Below, piece by piece: positions 46,796 to 56,038 of a DNA stretch of 64,000 bases. The stretch comes from a virus (Duplodnaviria; Heunggongvirae; Uroviricota; Caudoviricetes). Positions within the stretch are counted from its first letter, which is position 1. The number at the start of each line of letters is the position of its first letter. The position numbers and the translations under genes are program-made. The notes below the pieces were generated by a model. It made no database searches, was not told where the DNA came from, and saw nothing but the letters and a program-made list of their open reading frames with translations. The stretch lies in the IMG/VR virus record IMGVR_UViG_2595698871_000001, positions 45,443 to 109,442 of that record; one strand, given 5' to 3'.

Positions 46796-47932
46796 CTATT
46801 CCTCGTCCGCCTTCTGAGCACCCTTTTCAGAGATGTTCAGGCGGCCGTGGCCTTCGCCTTCCTTCATGTAGTCTTCGATATTGAGACCATGTTCAGCCAG
46901 CGCTTCGCGAACCGCGCCGGTGTCGAGGGTCTTGCGACCCTTGATCCAGGAGATGGAGCCCTTGATCTTGCCGTCCGCAGACTTCGCGACCCGGACCCCA
47001 GTATTCGTGAACCACTGCTTCAGAGCCTCCGAAGCAGCTTTGTGGCCCACTTCGGCCGCCTTTTTCGCAGCCGAGGCGCACCGCTCCTCGACCACAAGGC
47101 GTTCGAACTCAGCCAGGATGGGCAGCGGCGTCTCCTTGGAGTTCGCTTCGCCCTTCGTGGGGGTTGACTTTTTGATGGTCTGCGCGCAGGCGACCTTGTA
47201 GGGGCAGTACGTGCAGGAACTGTCGATCTTGCCCTCGGCCATGATCACCGAGGGGTCTTCGATCTCGAAGACGTCGCGCGCGCGCTGCATGGCGACGTCG
47301 AACGCCTTCTGGTCGTAAGGCACGACGAAGATTTCGATGTCGTCGAAGAAGCTGGCGTCGACGTAGATGATCACCGCGTAGTTCGGCCGCCACGACGAAA
47401 GCTGCCGCGTAAGGCCCATCTGGACGATCGTCTGGCCACGGTGAATCGCCTTCTCCTCCTTGAGGTTCACGCGCGGGTCGACCGACTTGATCTCCAGGTT
47501 GAAGCAGTTGGAGGGATGCTCGACGTCCTTGCGCGAGCCGCCCAGCGAGGCGATCCCGTACTGGGCCAGGGCGTCGTCATCGGCGTAGATCACCAGACCG
47601 TCGGGCGTGGCCGACAGCGGAGCCTCGGGCGAGATGAGGGTCTTCTGGTTGGCGCCGCCCCAGATCAGTTGGGCGTCACGCGTCAGGTTCTCCATGATCC
47701 ACTTGACGCCGGGCTCGACGAAGTGGTTTTCCATCATGTCGCCGCGCTGGAGCGCGCCCCACGATTGCTCGTAGTCGGGGTCCTTGTCGGCGCCATGCTT
47801 GGCATACCAGACCTTGCGCAGGCACCCGAAGGCCTCGGACGCGCCCACGGACTTGGTCCGGTCGTGCTTCCAGACCTTCTGGCGGGAGTTCACCCACTTG
47901 TCGAAGCCGTCTTTGAAATCGATCGCAGCCAT
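46796..47932 (-). CDS. PD-(D/E)XK exonuclease (Cas4/lambda-exonuclease-like)
   Basis: GASE..GC.RK, ATPDG, LEIKS, Q...QM, C.YCPY...C. Confidence 0.8.
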   Translation of the reverse strand: MAAIDFKDGFDKWVNSRQKVWKHDRTKSVGASEAFGCLRKVWYAKHGADKDPDYEQSWGALQRGDMMENHFVEPGVKWIMENLTRDAQLIWGGANQKTLISPEAPLSATPDGLVIYADDDALAQYGIASLGGSRKDVEHPSNCFNLEIKSVDPRVNLKEEKAIHRGQTIVQMGLTRQLSSWRPNYAVIIYVDASFFDDIEIFVVPYDQKAFDVAMQRARDVFEIEDPSVIMAEGKIDSSCTYCPYKVACAQTIKKSTPTKGEANSKETPLPILAEFERLVVEERCASAAKKAAEVGHKAASEALKQWFTNTGVRVAKSADGKIKGSISWIKGRKTLDTGAVREALAEHGLNIEDYMKEGEGHGRLNISEKGAQKADEE

Positions 47933-48007
47933 CTAGCGCACCGCCGTCATAAATTCCTGGTTTCGTGACTAGGGTTCATCCAGGGTCACGGGCCTGGGAC
48001 GCGGGAA

Positions 48008-48091
48008 CTAGGTCCGGTCGAGCCGGTTGCGCAGCCAGATCAGGCCGCAGATCGCGGCGGCGACCAGGAGGGTCAGGATGAAGTCGTTCAC
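48008..48091 (-). CDS. Small membrane peptide (27 aa, GTG start)
   Basis: MNDFILTLLVAAICGLIWLRNRLDRT; overlaps upstream stop. Confidence 0.45.
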   Translation of the reverse strand: MNDFILTLLVAAAICGLIWLRNRLDRT

Positions 48092-48717
48092 GCCGCCTTC
48101 TCCTGGCGCTTGGCCTCCACCATGTCCTGCATGGCGTAGTAGCAGCGGCGCGTGGCCTCGACGTCGGCGATCGCGGTGTGGGCGTCCTCGAAGCCTTCGC
48201 CGGTCAGGTGCTTGTGCAGGTCGATCAGCTTGGGCTTGCGATAGCCGCCCTGACGCGAGGGCAGCTTCATCAGCGGCGTGCCCGCCACGATGGTGTCGAA
48301 CATCGACTTGCCTTCGAACGGATCGGCGTCAGGCCGGCCCAGGACGCGGCGCACCACGTTGGTCACGATCTTGTTGTCGAAGGAGATGTGGTTGTGCCCG
48401 ACGATCACGTCGGCGACGGCGACCATGTCCATGAAGGCTTCGATCGCGATCGCCTCGGTCATGCCGATCTTCTCGGAGATGTCGGGCGAGACGCCGTGGA
48501 TGGCGGCGGCGCCGCCCTTGCCGTCGCGGCCGATCGTCCAATCGCTCAGGACGCTGGACGGGACCGTGCCCAGGCTCAGGATCGTGTCGAGGCGGGCGGC
48601 CTCGCGCCGGTCCGGATAAGCCAGGATCGCACCCAGTTGGACGATGCGGGGCTGCTCATCCAAGGGCTTCTTGCTGTCCGGAAAACCGGTGGTCTCGGTG
48701 TCGTAAAAAAGGATCAT
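48088..48717 (-). CDS. DEDDh 3'-5' exonuclease (DnaQ-like)
   Basis: FYDTETTG, GHN..FD, AHTAIADV. Confidence 0.9.
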   Translation of the reverse strand: MILFYDTETTGFPDSKKPLDEQPRIVQLGAILAYPDRREAARLDTILSLGTVPSSVLSDWTIGRDGKGGAAAIHGVSPDISEKIGMTEAIAIEAFMDMVAVADVIVGHNHISFDNKIVTNVVRRVLGRPDADPFEGKSMFDTIVAGTPLMKLPSRQGGYRKPKLIDLHKHLTGEGFEDAHTAIADVEATRRCYYAMQDMVEAKRQEKAA

Positions 48718-48742
48718 CGGGGCGATCTCGTTCGGGAGTGTC

Positions 48743-48782
48743 TTGTTAACCAAGTTCCGGATGGGTGTCAAGATTCACGACA
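48743..48782 (-). promoter_or_regulatory. Promoter with GTCGTGAATC element
   Basis: TGTCGTGAATC-TTGACA-N17-TAACAA. Confidence 0.75.
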
Positions 48783-48789
48783 TCGAAAG

Positions 48790-49452
48790 TCACGAAGGAT
48801 GACGCACGGCCTTGATGATCTCGTAGATGCGCTGCACCGACAGGCCCAGGTCCGCCGCGATCGACGACACAGGCTCGCCGTCGGCGTAGCGCTTCGCGGT
48901 CCAGGCGTAGTGCGCCTTCTTGGTCTCCTCGCGCTTGGCCTTGGCCTCAGGCGCGTGGCGGTCGATGAAGCGGTAGATCGCGATCCGCGAGACACCGTAC
49001 TGCTGGGCGATGAACGGCACGGGGGCGAAGCTGGTGAATTGCAGGACGATGTCGTCGGCGTGGTCGGCGAGGGCCATGTGGTGCTCCAGGGTGTCGAGGG
49101 CGCGGTCGATCACCACCGCCGCGCGCTTGGAAGGCTGTTTGGTCAGGAAGCCGCAGAGGCGGCCGGCGGCGTAGGGCGGCTCGCACCCTTCGATGAGGTA
49201 TTGCTCGGCGGTCGGGTCCAGCCGCTCGCCGGCCTTGTTCGCCAGCCACCAGTGGGTGCCGCCGTCAGGGTCAGGCGCGACCATGGGCCGCCAGGGGCCG
49301 TCGAGACCGCCGGACAGATGCCAGAGCGCCTCGGAGGCGACATAGCAGTGCCCGGCGGTCGGGTTCGAAGCCGTGTACGCGGAACGATAAGGCTCGCGCA
49401 GAAGCTCGGGTGTGAGGGCGCCCTGCACCGCTCTGAGGGTCTCGATGTCCAT
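48790..49452 (-). CDS. Hypothetical protein: transglutaminase-like N-terminus plus HTH
   Basis: GHCYVASEAL, THWWL, LDPTAEQ; C-terminal VSSIAADLGLSVQRIYEII. Confidence 0.6.
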   Translation of the reverse strand: MDIETLRAVQGALTPELLREPYRSAYTASNPTAGHCYVASEALWHLSGGLDGPWRPMVAPDPDGGTHWWLANKAGERLDPTAEQYLIEGCEPPYAAGRLCGFLTKQPSKRAAVVIDRALDTLEHHMALADHADDIVLQFTSFAPVPFIAQQYGVSRIAIYRFIDRHAPEAKAKREETKKAHYAWTAKRYADGEPVSSIAADLGLSVQRIYEIIKAVRHPS

Positions 49453-51698
49453 CAGTGCGTCTCGGCCCAGGTGCGGCCCCACTTGACGTCCACGTCGACC
49501 GGCAGGCGGAAGTCGAACCGGTGTCCGGCTTCCTTCGCCGCGTCGACGATGTTGCGGCGGCAGATTTCCTTGATCGCCGGGTCGTCGCGCACGGCGACCT
49601 GCATTTCGTCGTGGACCCAGGCCAGCACCGCGTAGTCGCCGTCCCAGCCGTGGACGAGGCCGTCGTCTTCGTTGAAGGTCTCGAAGTTGACGCACCAGCC
49701 CTTGGCGATGGTCGCGCCGGCGCCCTGGAGCTTGGTGTTGAGCGCCGAGTGCTTGGCCCGCACGTAGAGCAGGCGCCCGTCGAGCGCATCGACATAGCCG
49801 CGCTTGGCCTCCCGCTGCACGGCCTTGACGACCTGTTGCAGCGCCGGGATGCGCGTCATAATGCGGCGGCGCATTTCCGAGCCCAGGGCCTTGGCCTTGG
49901 CGACGTTCATCGTCAGGGTCGGATCGACGGTGCAGCCCAGCTTGTAGTCCTGGGCGCCGTAGATCATGGCGTAGATGAAGGTCTTGGCGGTGTCGCGAGA
50001 CTCCATTTCCATGGCGGCTTGGTGGACGCCGTGGACGTCGCCATCCAGAACGATCTTGCCGTACTGCCCGTTGTCGAACTCCGCCATGAAGTGCGCCAGA
50101 CAGCGCAGTTCGATACCCGCTTGGTCGGCGCCCATGAGGACCCAGCCCTCGGGCACGTAGAAGAGGTCGCGGCTATCCCAGCCGTGGTCGCCCTCGCGGC
50201 CCTTCATCAGGACCTTCTTGGTGACCACCTCGCCCTTCTCGTTGAGCGTGAACTCGCCCTCGGGCGTCAGCACCGGCCGGCCACGGATTTGCTTGCCGTC
50301 CGGGCCGAGCAGCGGGACCTTCTTGGCCTCGTCCTTCCACTGCGGCGGCGACTTGAAGACGACGCGCGGGACCTGGGCGATGTTGGGGTTGGAGTGCGAG
50401 GCGCGGTTGGTCACCGTGCCGCCCACGTTGACGCGGCCGTGAATCTTGCCGTCGCCGTTCCATTCCTCGCACTTCGCCAGCCAGCCGTTCTTGCCGTCGA
50501 CCAGTTGCCCCAGGCGCTTCTTGTAGTAGAAGATTTCCGCCAGGGTCTCGCAGATCGGGATGACCAGCTTCTTGGTGTTCTCGTCCTCGGCCTTGGCCAG
50601 ATCGCGCAGCACCTCGTCGTCGACGACGGGGGCGTTGTTCTCGGTGAACTCCTGCGGCTCCCAGCCGTAGACCTTGGTCAGGCGGTCAACGATCTGCTGG
50701 CGCGAGTTGGGGTTGAACTCGGTGATCTTGACCGGGCAGAACGGGGCGCCGGCCGTGCGGTCGCCCTTCATCGGGTCCTTGTACTTGACGTCGCGCGAGG
50801 GCACCGTCACCTCGGCCCAGTGCTCGCGCGTATCGTCCTCGCCAAACTCCGGGCGCGGGCGATAGGAGACCTGATCCTTCTCGGGCTTGCCGGTCTCGGG
50901 CGAGCAGTAGGTGGTCGACTTGTTCTTTCGCAGCCACTTGCCCGGCACCCACCAGGAGCCGAAGTGCTTGATCGCCTCGTCCGACATCTTGGTGTGGGCC
51001 GTGCGCAGTTCGTCTTCGAGACGGCGCGCGCGCTCGCGGTGGAACGGGAAGCCGTTGCGCTGCACCCGCTCCATCATGTCGTGGACCATGTGTTCGAGCG
51101 TGGTCGCGGTCTTGGACCACGGCCGGCTCTCGATCTTGCGCCACAGGGCCTCGGTGACCTCGACGTCCTGGATGGCGTAGTCTTCCATGTCCTGGTTCCA
51201 GGTGCCCCAGACGTAGCGGCTGATCTCCGCCTTGTCCGTGATGCCCTTGGCCTTGGCCTCTTCCTCGGCGACGTCGGCATAGTCGCCCTTCGGGAAGCCC
51301 AGGCGCTGGCCCCAGGCCCCCAGTTCGTGCGAGCCGATGTAGCCGCCGTAGAGGTCGCCGCGCTTCCACATGCGGAAGTCGTCGTCCTTGAGGTCGGCGA
51401 ACAGCATCCGCGTCATCACCAGGGTGTCGCGCAGGATGCCTTGCGGGTTGAACTTGTTGCCGTAGACCTTCTTCAGGGCCTCGCAGTCGAAGCCCACGAT
51501 GTTGTGGCCGATCAACATCTCGGCCTCGTTCAGCATCTTGATGCCTTCGAGGATGTTGTCCTCGCGCTTGTTGCGGTGGAAGACCCACCGCTGGCGCGTG
51601 TCAGCGTCCTTGATCACCAGGATGTGGATGCGCGTGAGTTGCAGCAGCAGCCCATCGGTTTCCAAGTCGAAGAGGAGGCGGCGCTTACGCAGCTTCAT
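49452..51698 (-). CDS. DNA polymerase family A, T7-like
   Basis: FDLETDG exonuclease; DQAGIELR, RDTAKTFIYAMIYG, ALNTKLQGAG, WVHDE. Confidence 0.95.
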   Translation of the reverse strand: MKLRKRRLLFDLETDGLLLQLTRIHILVIKDADTRQRWVFHRNKREDNILEGIKMLNEAEMLIGHNIVGFDCEALKKVYGNKFNPQGILRDTLVMTRMLFADLKDDDFRMWKRGDLYGGYIGSHELGAWGQRLGFPKGDYADVAEEEAKAKGITDKAEISRYVWGTWNQDMEDYAIQDVEVTEALWRKIESRPWSKTATTLEHMVHDMMERVQRNGFPFHRERARRLEDELRTAHTKMSDEAIKHFGSWWVPGKWLRKNKSTTYCSPETGKPEKDQVSYRPRPEFGEDDTREHWAEVTVPSRDVKYKDPMKGDRTAGAPFCPVKITEFNPNSRQQIVDRLTKVYGWEPQEFTENNAPVVDDEVLRDLAKAEDENTKKLVIPICETLAEIFYYKKRLGQLVDGKNGWLAKCEEWNGDGKIHGRVNVGGTVTNRASHSNPNIAQVPRVVFKSPPQWKDEAKKVPLLGPDGKQIRGRPVLTPEGEFTLNEKGEVVTKKVLMKGREGDHGWDSRDLFYVPEGWVLMGADQAGIELRCLAHFMAEFDNGQYGKIVLDGDVHGVHQAAMEMESRDTAKTFIYAMIYGAQDYKLGCTVDPTLTMNVAKAKALGSEMRRRIMTRIPALQQVVKAVQREAKRGYVDALDGRLLYVRAKHSALNTKLQGAGATIAKGWCVNFETFNEDDGLVHGWDGDYAVLAWVHDEMQVAVRDDPAIKEICRRNIVDAAKEAGHRFDFRLPVDVDVKWGRTWAETH

Positions 51699-52758
51699 GG
51701 AGCACCTTGAGAATCTGGTCGCCGATCCAGTCCACCATCGGGACGATCAGGCTGTTGCCGATGATGGTGCGGCGCTCGGTGTCGGAGAGGCCCGGCACGT
51801 CGGTGTGGGTTCCCGACATCCCCATCAGGCGCTCGCACTCGGCCACGGTGTGGTTGCGGATGCGCCAGTCGCCGCGCTCGTGGACCAGGAGCATGCCGAT
51901 GCTGGAGCCGCCCGAGGCGGTGCGCAGGCAGTTGGCGATCTGGCCGCCTTCTTCGATCTGCTGGCCGTCGAAGCCGTTGATCACCCGGCCCCGGACGGCG
52001 ACGGTGCGAGCCCGAAAGACAGGGCGGCCGTCAATTCCGGGGACAACGTCCGCCCCGCTTTCGTAGCGTTGTCCAAGAGCGTCGCACGGCGGGACGGGCT
52101 CATGTACAATGCGGCGGGGATCGATTCCGGAGCGTCGAGTACACGCGATAAGGACAAGCCGCCGGCGGGACTGGGGGACGCCGAACTCGGGGCCGTCGAA
52201 GACCCGCCACGCGATGGCGCGACGGGGTCCCAGCACATAACCACAGTCCGGCCACCGACGCCCTGCCTGGATGTCGACACCGTCGGGCTTTCCGTAGGGG
52301 TGGAGGGCGTCGCGCTCGCCGGCGAGGCGGCCGAGGAACTTTCCAAAGGCGTTTTCCTTGTTGTTGAGGAGCTTGACGACGTTCTCGAAGCAAAAGATCG
52401 GCGGGTCGATCTCGTCGATCACCCGCACGCCCGAGAGCGTCAGCCGGCCGCGAGGATCGCTCAGACCCAGGCCCAGGCCCGCGTCGCTCCACGGCTGGCA
52501 GGGGAACGAGGCCCACAGGACGTCGACCTTGCCCTCGTGGGCCGTGCCGTCGATCTGCTCCAGGTCGCCCAGGTTGGGGACCTCGCCCCAGTGGTGGGCC
52601 AGGAGCTTGATCGGCGCCGAGGCGATTTCGCTGAAGAAGCGGGCCTTGCCGCCCTTCGGCTCCCAGGCGTAGGACGGAATGTCCGCGCCGGAGCAAAGGG
52701 TCGCAAAGGTCCACGGCTGGACGTCGGAGGCGTCCGCCTGGGGAAGGATCGGGGGCAT
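51685..52758 (-). CDS. DNA cytosine C5 methyltransferase
   Basis: LCSG, FPCQPWS, FENV, QSRRR, IGNS. Confidence 0.88.
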   Translation of the reverse strand: MPPILPQADASDVQPWTFATLCSGADIPSYAWEPKGGKARFFSEIASAPIKLLAHHWGEVPNLGDLEQIDGTAHEGKVDVLWASFPCQPWSDAGLGLGLSDPRGRLTLSGVRVIDEIDPPIFCFENVVKLLNNKENAFGKFLGRLAGERDALHPYGKPDGVDIQAGRRWPDCGYVLGPRRAIAWRVFDGPEFGVPQSRRRLVLIACTRRSGIDPRRIVHEPVPPCDALGQRYESGADVVPGIDGRPVFRARTVAVRGRVINGFDGQQIEEGGQIANCLRTASGGSSIGMLLVHERGDWRIRNHTVAECERLMGMSGTHTDVPGLSDTERRTIIGNSLIVPMVDWIGDQILKVLHEAA

Positions 52759-52763
52759 GAGGT

Positions 52764-52793
52764 ATGGTTAACCGATGTCGTGAATCACGTCAA
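52764..52793 (-). promoter_or_regulatory. Promoter; GAATC element in spacer, TTAACCAT over -10
   Basis: TTGACG-TGATTCACGACATCGGT-TAACCA. Confidence 0.7.
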
Positions 52794-52812
52794 GAAATGT
52801 CGTCAGGGACGA

Positions 52813-53571
52813 CTACTTCTGACCGTTGGCGGCGGCGATCTCGGCGTCCGTGAGGAGCCGGCGACCGGTGGTCTTGACCTCGCCGCGCCAGACGCGGTCG
52901 GCCATCTTCAGGAAGGCCTTGGCGACCTTCTGCTTGTTCTCGTGGCCGATGTGGCGCGCCATCGACAGCGGCCAGCGCGGGGGCAGGGCGTAGAAGAACA
53001 TCACCCCCGGCTTGGTGTAGGCGTCGACGACGAAGTCGCCGGCCATCCGCTGGTTGACCGAGAACGACTGGTCACCCAGGATCGCGGTGTTGGTGTCGTC
53101 ATAGTAGCCGATGCCGAGCCTGATCTTGTCGATCGCGCTGTCGTAGGCCAGCCAGATGAGGCGCCCGTCACCCAGGCTGACCTCGTCGACCTTCCAGTCC
53201 TCGGGGTGGCCCCAGACGGCGTCGTGCGCCATCCGGATGGCCTCGGCCAGCAGCGAGGTGACCGACTTCATCTCGCCGCCGGCCACGAACATGTCGTCGG
53301 TCGTGAGGTCGAGGGTCTTGTCGACGCCAAACAGCGGGGCCAGCTTGCCGGCCTTGAACGAGAAGCCCTCGCGCTCGATCTTGTCGGCGACCTCGTAGGC
53401 AAAGCCCGGCTTGAGGTTGAACGTCATCACGTGGGTGACGTTCAGCCCCGAGGCGGACTCGTGCCCGAGCCCAATCTGGATCGACTGGGTCTCATCGGTG
53501 ACCAGGGCGTAGAGGAAGCCGCCTTTCGGGCGCGTCGGGAACGGCACGCGGCGGGAGACGAGAAGGGTCAT
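52813..53571 (-). CDS. Hypothetical protein (252 aa)
   Basis: GAGG RBS; phage codon usage. Confidence 0.8.
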   Translation of the reverse strand: MTLLVSRRVPFPTRPKGGFLYALVTDETQSIQIGLGHESASGLNVTHVMTFNLKPGFAYEVADKIEREGFSFKAGKLAPLFGVDKTLDLTTDDMFVAGGEMKSVTSLLAEAIRMAHDAVWGHPEDWKVDEVSLGDGRLIWLAYDSAIDKIRLGIGYYDDTNTAILGDQSFSVNQRMAGDFVVDAYTKPGVMFFYALPPRWPLSMARHIGHENKQKVAKAFLKMADRVWRGEVKTTGRRLLTDAEIAAANGQK

Positions 53572-53581
53572 CGGGGCCTCG

Positions 53582-55282
53582 TTACAGGTGCCAGCGCGAG
53601 CCGGTGAAGGTGATCAGCGCGCGCTTGCCGTTCGGGTATTGCACGCAGTGGGTGTGCGCCCAGGACGAGGGACCCTTGTTGTAGCCCATGTCGAGCAGGG
53701 AGGTCGTCCCGGTGTTGTAGGCGCTCTCGTAGATGCCCGGCGAATGGGTGTGACCGAACGTCACCTTCGGCCCCAGTTCGGCGAACTGCTTGATGTTGCC
53801 GCGCGAGCCGTTGGTCCCGTTGTGGCCGTGGACCGAGTGCTCGACCTTGCCCTTCATGTGGGATTGGTCCTGGAAGAGGAACTTGACCCCCTCGCAGGCC
53901 CAGGCCGTGAACTTGTTCTGCATGACCCAGGAGAAGATCGAGAACCCGCTCTCGCGCTCGCGGATCGAGCGGTACTTGCGCGCCTGACATTCCAGGAAGA
54001 ACTCGGCGTTGACCGGGTCCTGGCGGTAGTCGGCCGTCTTCAGCCACTTCTCCAGCGCCAGATCGTGATTGCTCTCGACCACCGCGATCTCGGTGTCGGG
54101 GTGCTCGGCCGCCAGGACCGACATGAACATCGCCACCTCGCGAAGCTCTTCCTCGACGCTCTCGGTCCCGTTGATGTAGAGCCAGTAGCGGTCGTGGGGG
54201 TCGGAGATGTTGTGGTGGTTGCGCGCCCGGAAGTCCGAGACGTCGTGCAGGAACACGTTCTCGGGCCGCAGGACGTCGATCATGCTGGGCGTCGCCTGCT
54301 TGACCCAGACGCGGCCGTTCGCCGAGCGCTGCTCGGTGGGGAAGAACCCGAACGTGCCGGCCGAGACTTGAGGGTCGATCTGGGCGACGTGGATGTCGCC
54401 CGGCGTCAGGGCGGTGATCCGGTGGGCCTCGGTGACCTTGCCGTCCTGGACGAAGCGGTCCAGGTCGTAGAACGAGCCGTCCTTGTCGCCCAGCAGGTGG
54501 CGGCAGAAGAACGTGCCGTCCTCGTCGATCTCGACCAGGACAGCCCCGAGTTGGTGGTGGTGCTGGGCCTTCTGGCCCGCCAGCTTGGGAATGTAGTTCG
54601 GCTTGGTGACGGCGCCGGTCGTCATGTTCTGCTTGGACGGCTGGTCCTTCATCGTCGCGATGCTGGCCAGTTGGACCTTGGCGTGCGGGAAGATGCCCCA
54701 GCGCTCACCCGAGTAGGTCTTCAGGCCCGAGATCGGGTTGACGTTGGTCGGCAGGGCGTTGATGTTGCCCAGGAACTCGACGCGGTCGCCCAGTTGGACG
54801 CGATCGACGATCAGGTAGTCCATGACGCGCTCGTGGTAGACCGAGGCGTGCTTGGCGTGATCCTCGAACAGGCGCTTGGAGTAGGTGAAGCCGGCGATCA
54901 TGATGTCGCACGGCGCGTCCTGGCGCAGGTACTCGGCGTAGGCCTCCAGGTTGTCCACGAACTCGTCATGGACGTAGGTGGCGTCCTGGGCCGACGACAG
55001 GATGAAGCGCCGGCGCCCGGTGTCGGGGCCGACCGGGATGACCCGCGCTTCCGGGATCGGGCGGTGCGAGAACGGGTCCTTGCGCATCGCGTAGAGGCGA
55101 TTTTGCAGGGTCGTGCGCTTGACGCTGTACTTGCGGGAGAACGCCCGCTGGCCGCCGGCCTTCTTGACCATCGCCAGCAGTTCGATCGGCTCGACCGAGT
55201 AGATGTCGAAGGGACCGTCCTTGGGCAGGGTCACCTTCATCCGCTTGGCGGCCTTGGAGGCGTGTTCGAACTCAGCCGGCAT
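53582..55282 (-). CDS. Calcineurin-like metallophosphoesterase with N-terminal HTH-like region
   Basis: GDIH, HDVSD, SNHD, HGH, GHTH motifs. Confidence 0.7.
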   Translation of the reverse strand: MPAEFEHASKAAKRMKVTLPKDGPFDIYSVEPIELLAMVKKAGGQRAFSRKYSVKRTTLQNRLYAMRKDPFSHRPIPEARVIPVGPDTGRRRFILSSAQDATYVHDEFVDNLEAYAEYLRQDAPCDIMIAGFTYSKRLFEDHAKHASVYHERVMDYLIVDRVQLGDRVEFLGNINALPTNVNPISGLKTYSGERWGIFPHAKVQLASIATMKDQPSKQNMTTGAVTKPNYIPKLAGQKAQHHHQLGAVLVEIDEDGTFFCRHLLGDKDGSFYDLDRFVQDGKVTEAHRITALTPGDIHVAQIDPQVSAGTFGFFPTEQRSANGRVWVKQATPSMIDVLRPENVFLHDVSDFRARNHHNISDPHDRYWLYINGTESVEEELREVAMFMSVLAAEHPDTEIAVVESNHDLALEKWLKTADYRQDPVNAEFFLECQARKYRSIRERESGFSIFSWVMQNKFTAWACEGVKFLFQDQSHMKGKVEHSVHGHNGTNGSRGNIKQFAELGPKVTFGHTHSPGIYESAYNTGTTSLLDMGYNKGPSSWAHTHCVQYPNGKRALITFTGSRWHL

Positions 55283-55973
55283 AGAGAAGCTCCGGTTTGG
55301 CGCTGACGGGCTTGGACCAGTCCCAGACGAACCACGCGTAGGCGAAGCGCGGTGCGCCCTTGGTCCCCTCGATCCAGCGGGGGCGATGGCGAAGGGTGAC
55401 CTTCGCGGCGAAGGCGGGGTGATCGAAGAGGTCGGCGCGCGAGCGCGCGGCGTCCCATTCGTGGCGGCAGAGGAAGGCGACGAAGCCCTTGTCGGCTTCC
55501 ATCAGCTTCAGGGCATGACGGGCGGCGCGCTCGGCGTCCTTGCCGTAAGGCGGATTGGAGATGATGGCGTCCGGGCGCGCCGGCAGCGGGGTGACCTTGC
55601 GCTCCTTGCCCTCGTCGTCGAGGACCACCGCCGGCCGGGCCTTCAGCGCGCCCAGGCGATCCAGGTCGTCCGGGGTGAGCTTGAAGAAGTCCTCGACCGC
55701 GTCCACGTCGAAGCCTTCGTAGCGACGGATGTCCGTGGAAAGGACCTCCTGCACGTAGGGCCGCAGCGGGTTGGCGATCGCGCCGTTGCCCGCGAAGGGC
55801 TCCCAGGCATAGAAGCCGGCGAACTCGTCGCCCATGGCCTCGATCAGCGCGTCGAACGCGGGACGAGGCGTCGGATAGAAATCCAAGGGGTTCCTGGCAT
55901 AGCCCGAGGCGCCCAGCATGGAGGGGTCTTTGCGACCGGCATCGGAGAGAGACATGGCCAGGAGGGATGTCAT
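55272..55973 (-). CDS. Amino (N6-A/N4-C) DNA methyltransferase-like protein
   Basis: DFYPTP, WEPFAGNG, IISNPPY. Confidence 0.78.
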   Translation of the reverse strand: MTSLLAMSLSDAGRKDPSMLGASGYARNPLDFYPTPRPAFDALIEAMGDEFAGFYAWEPFAGNGAIANPLRPYVQEVLSTDIRRYEGFDVDAVEDFFKLTPDDLDRLGALKARPAVVLDDEGKERKVTPLPARPDAIISNPPYGKDAERAARHALKLMEADKGFVAFLCRHEWDAARSRADLFDHPAFAAKVTLRHRPRWIEGTKGAPRFAYAWFVWDWSKPVSAKPELLYAG

Positions 55974-56032
55974 GGTTAACGAAGGGTGTCAAGATTCACG
56001 ACATTGACTGTCGTGACGCACCACGCTACACA
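55964..56032. promoter_or_regulatory. Back-to-back promoters
   Basis: Minus: TGTCGTGAATC-TTGACA with TTAACCAT in spacer; plus: TTGACT-N17-TACACA (56004-56032). Confidence 0.7.
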
Positions 56033-56038
56033 CCCTCG

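Noticed and set aside
46796-47932. Cas4-like nuclease as evidence of a CRISPR system
   Set aside because: No repeat-spacer array or other cas genes in the window; standalone Cas4-like nucleases are common in phage replication modules.
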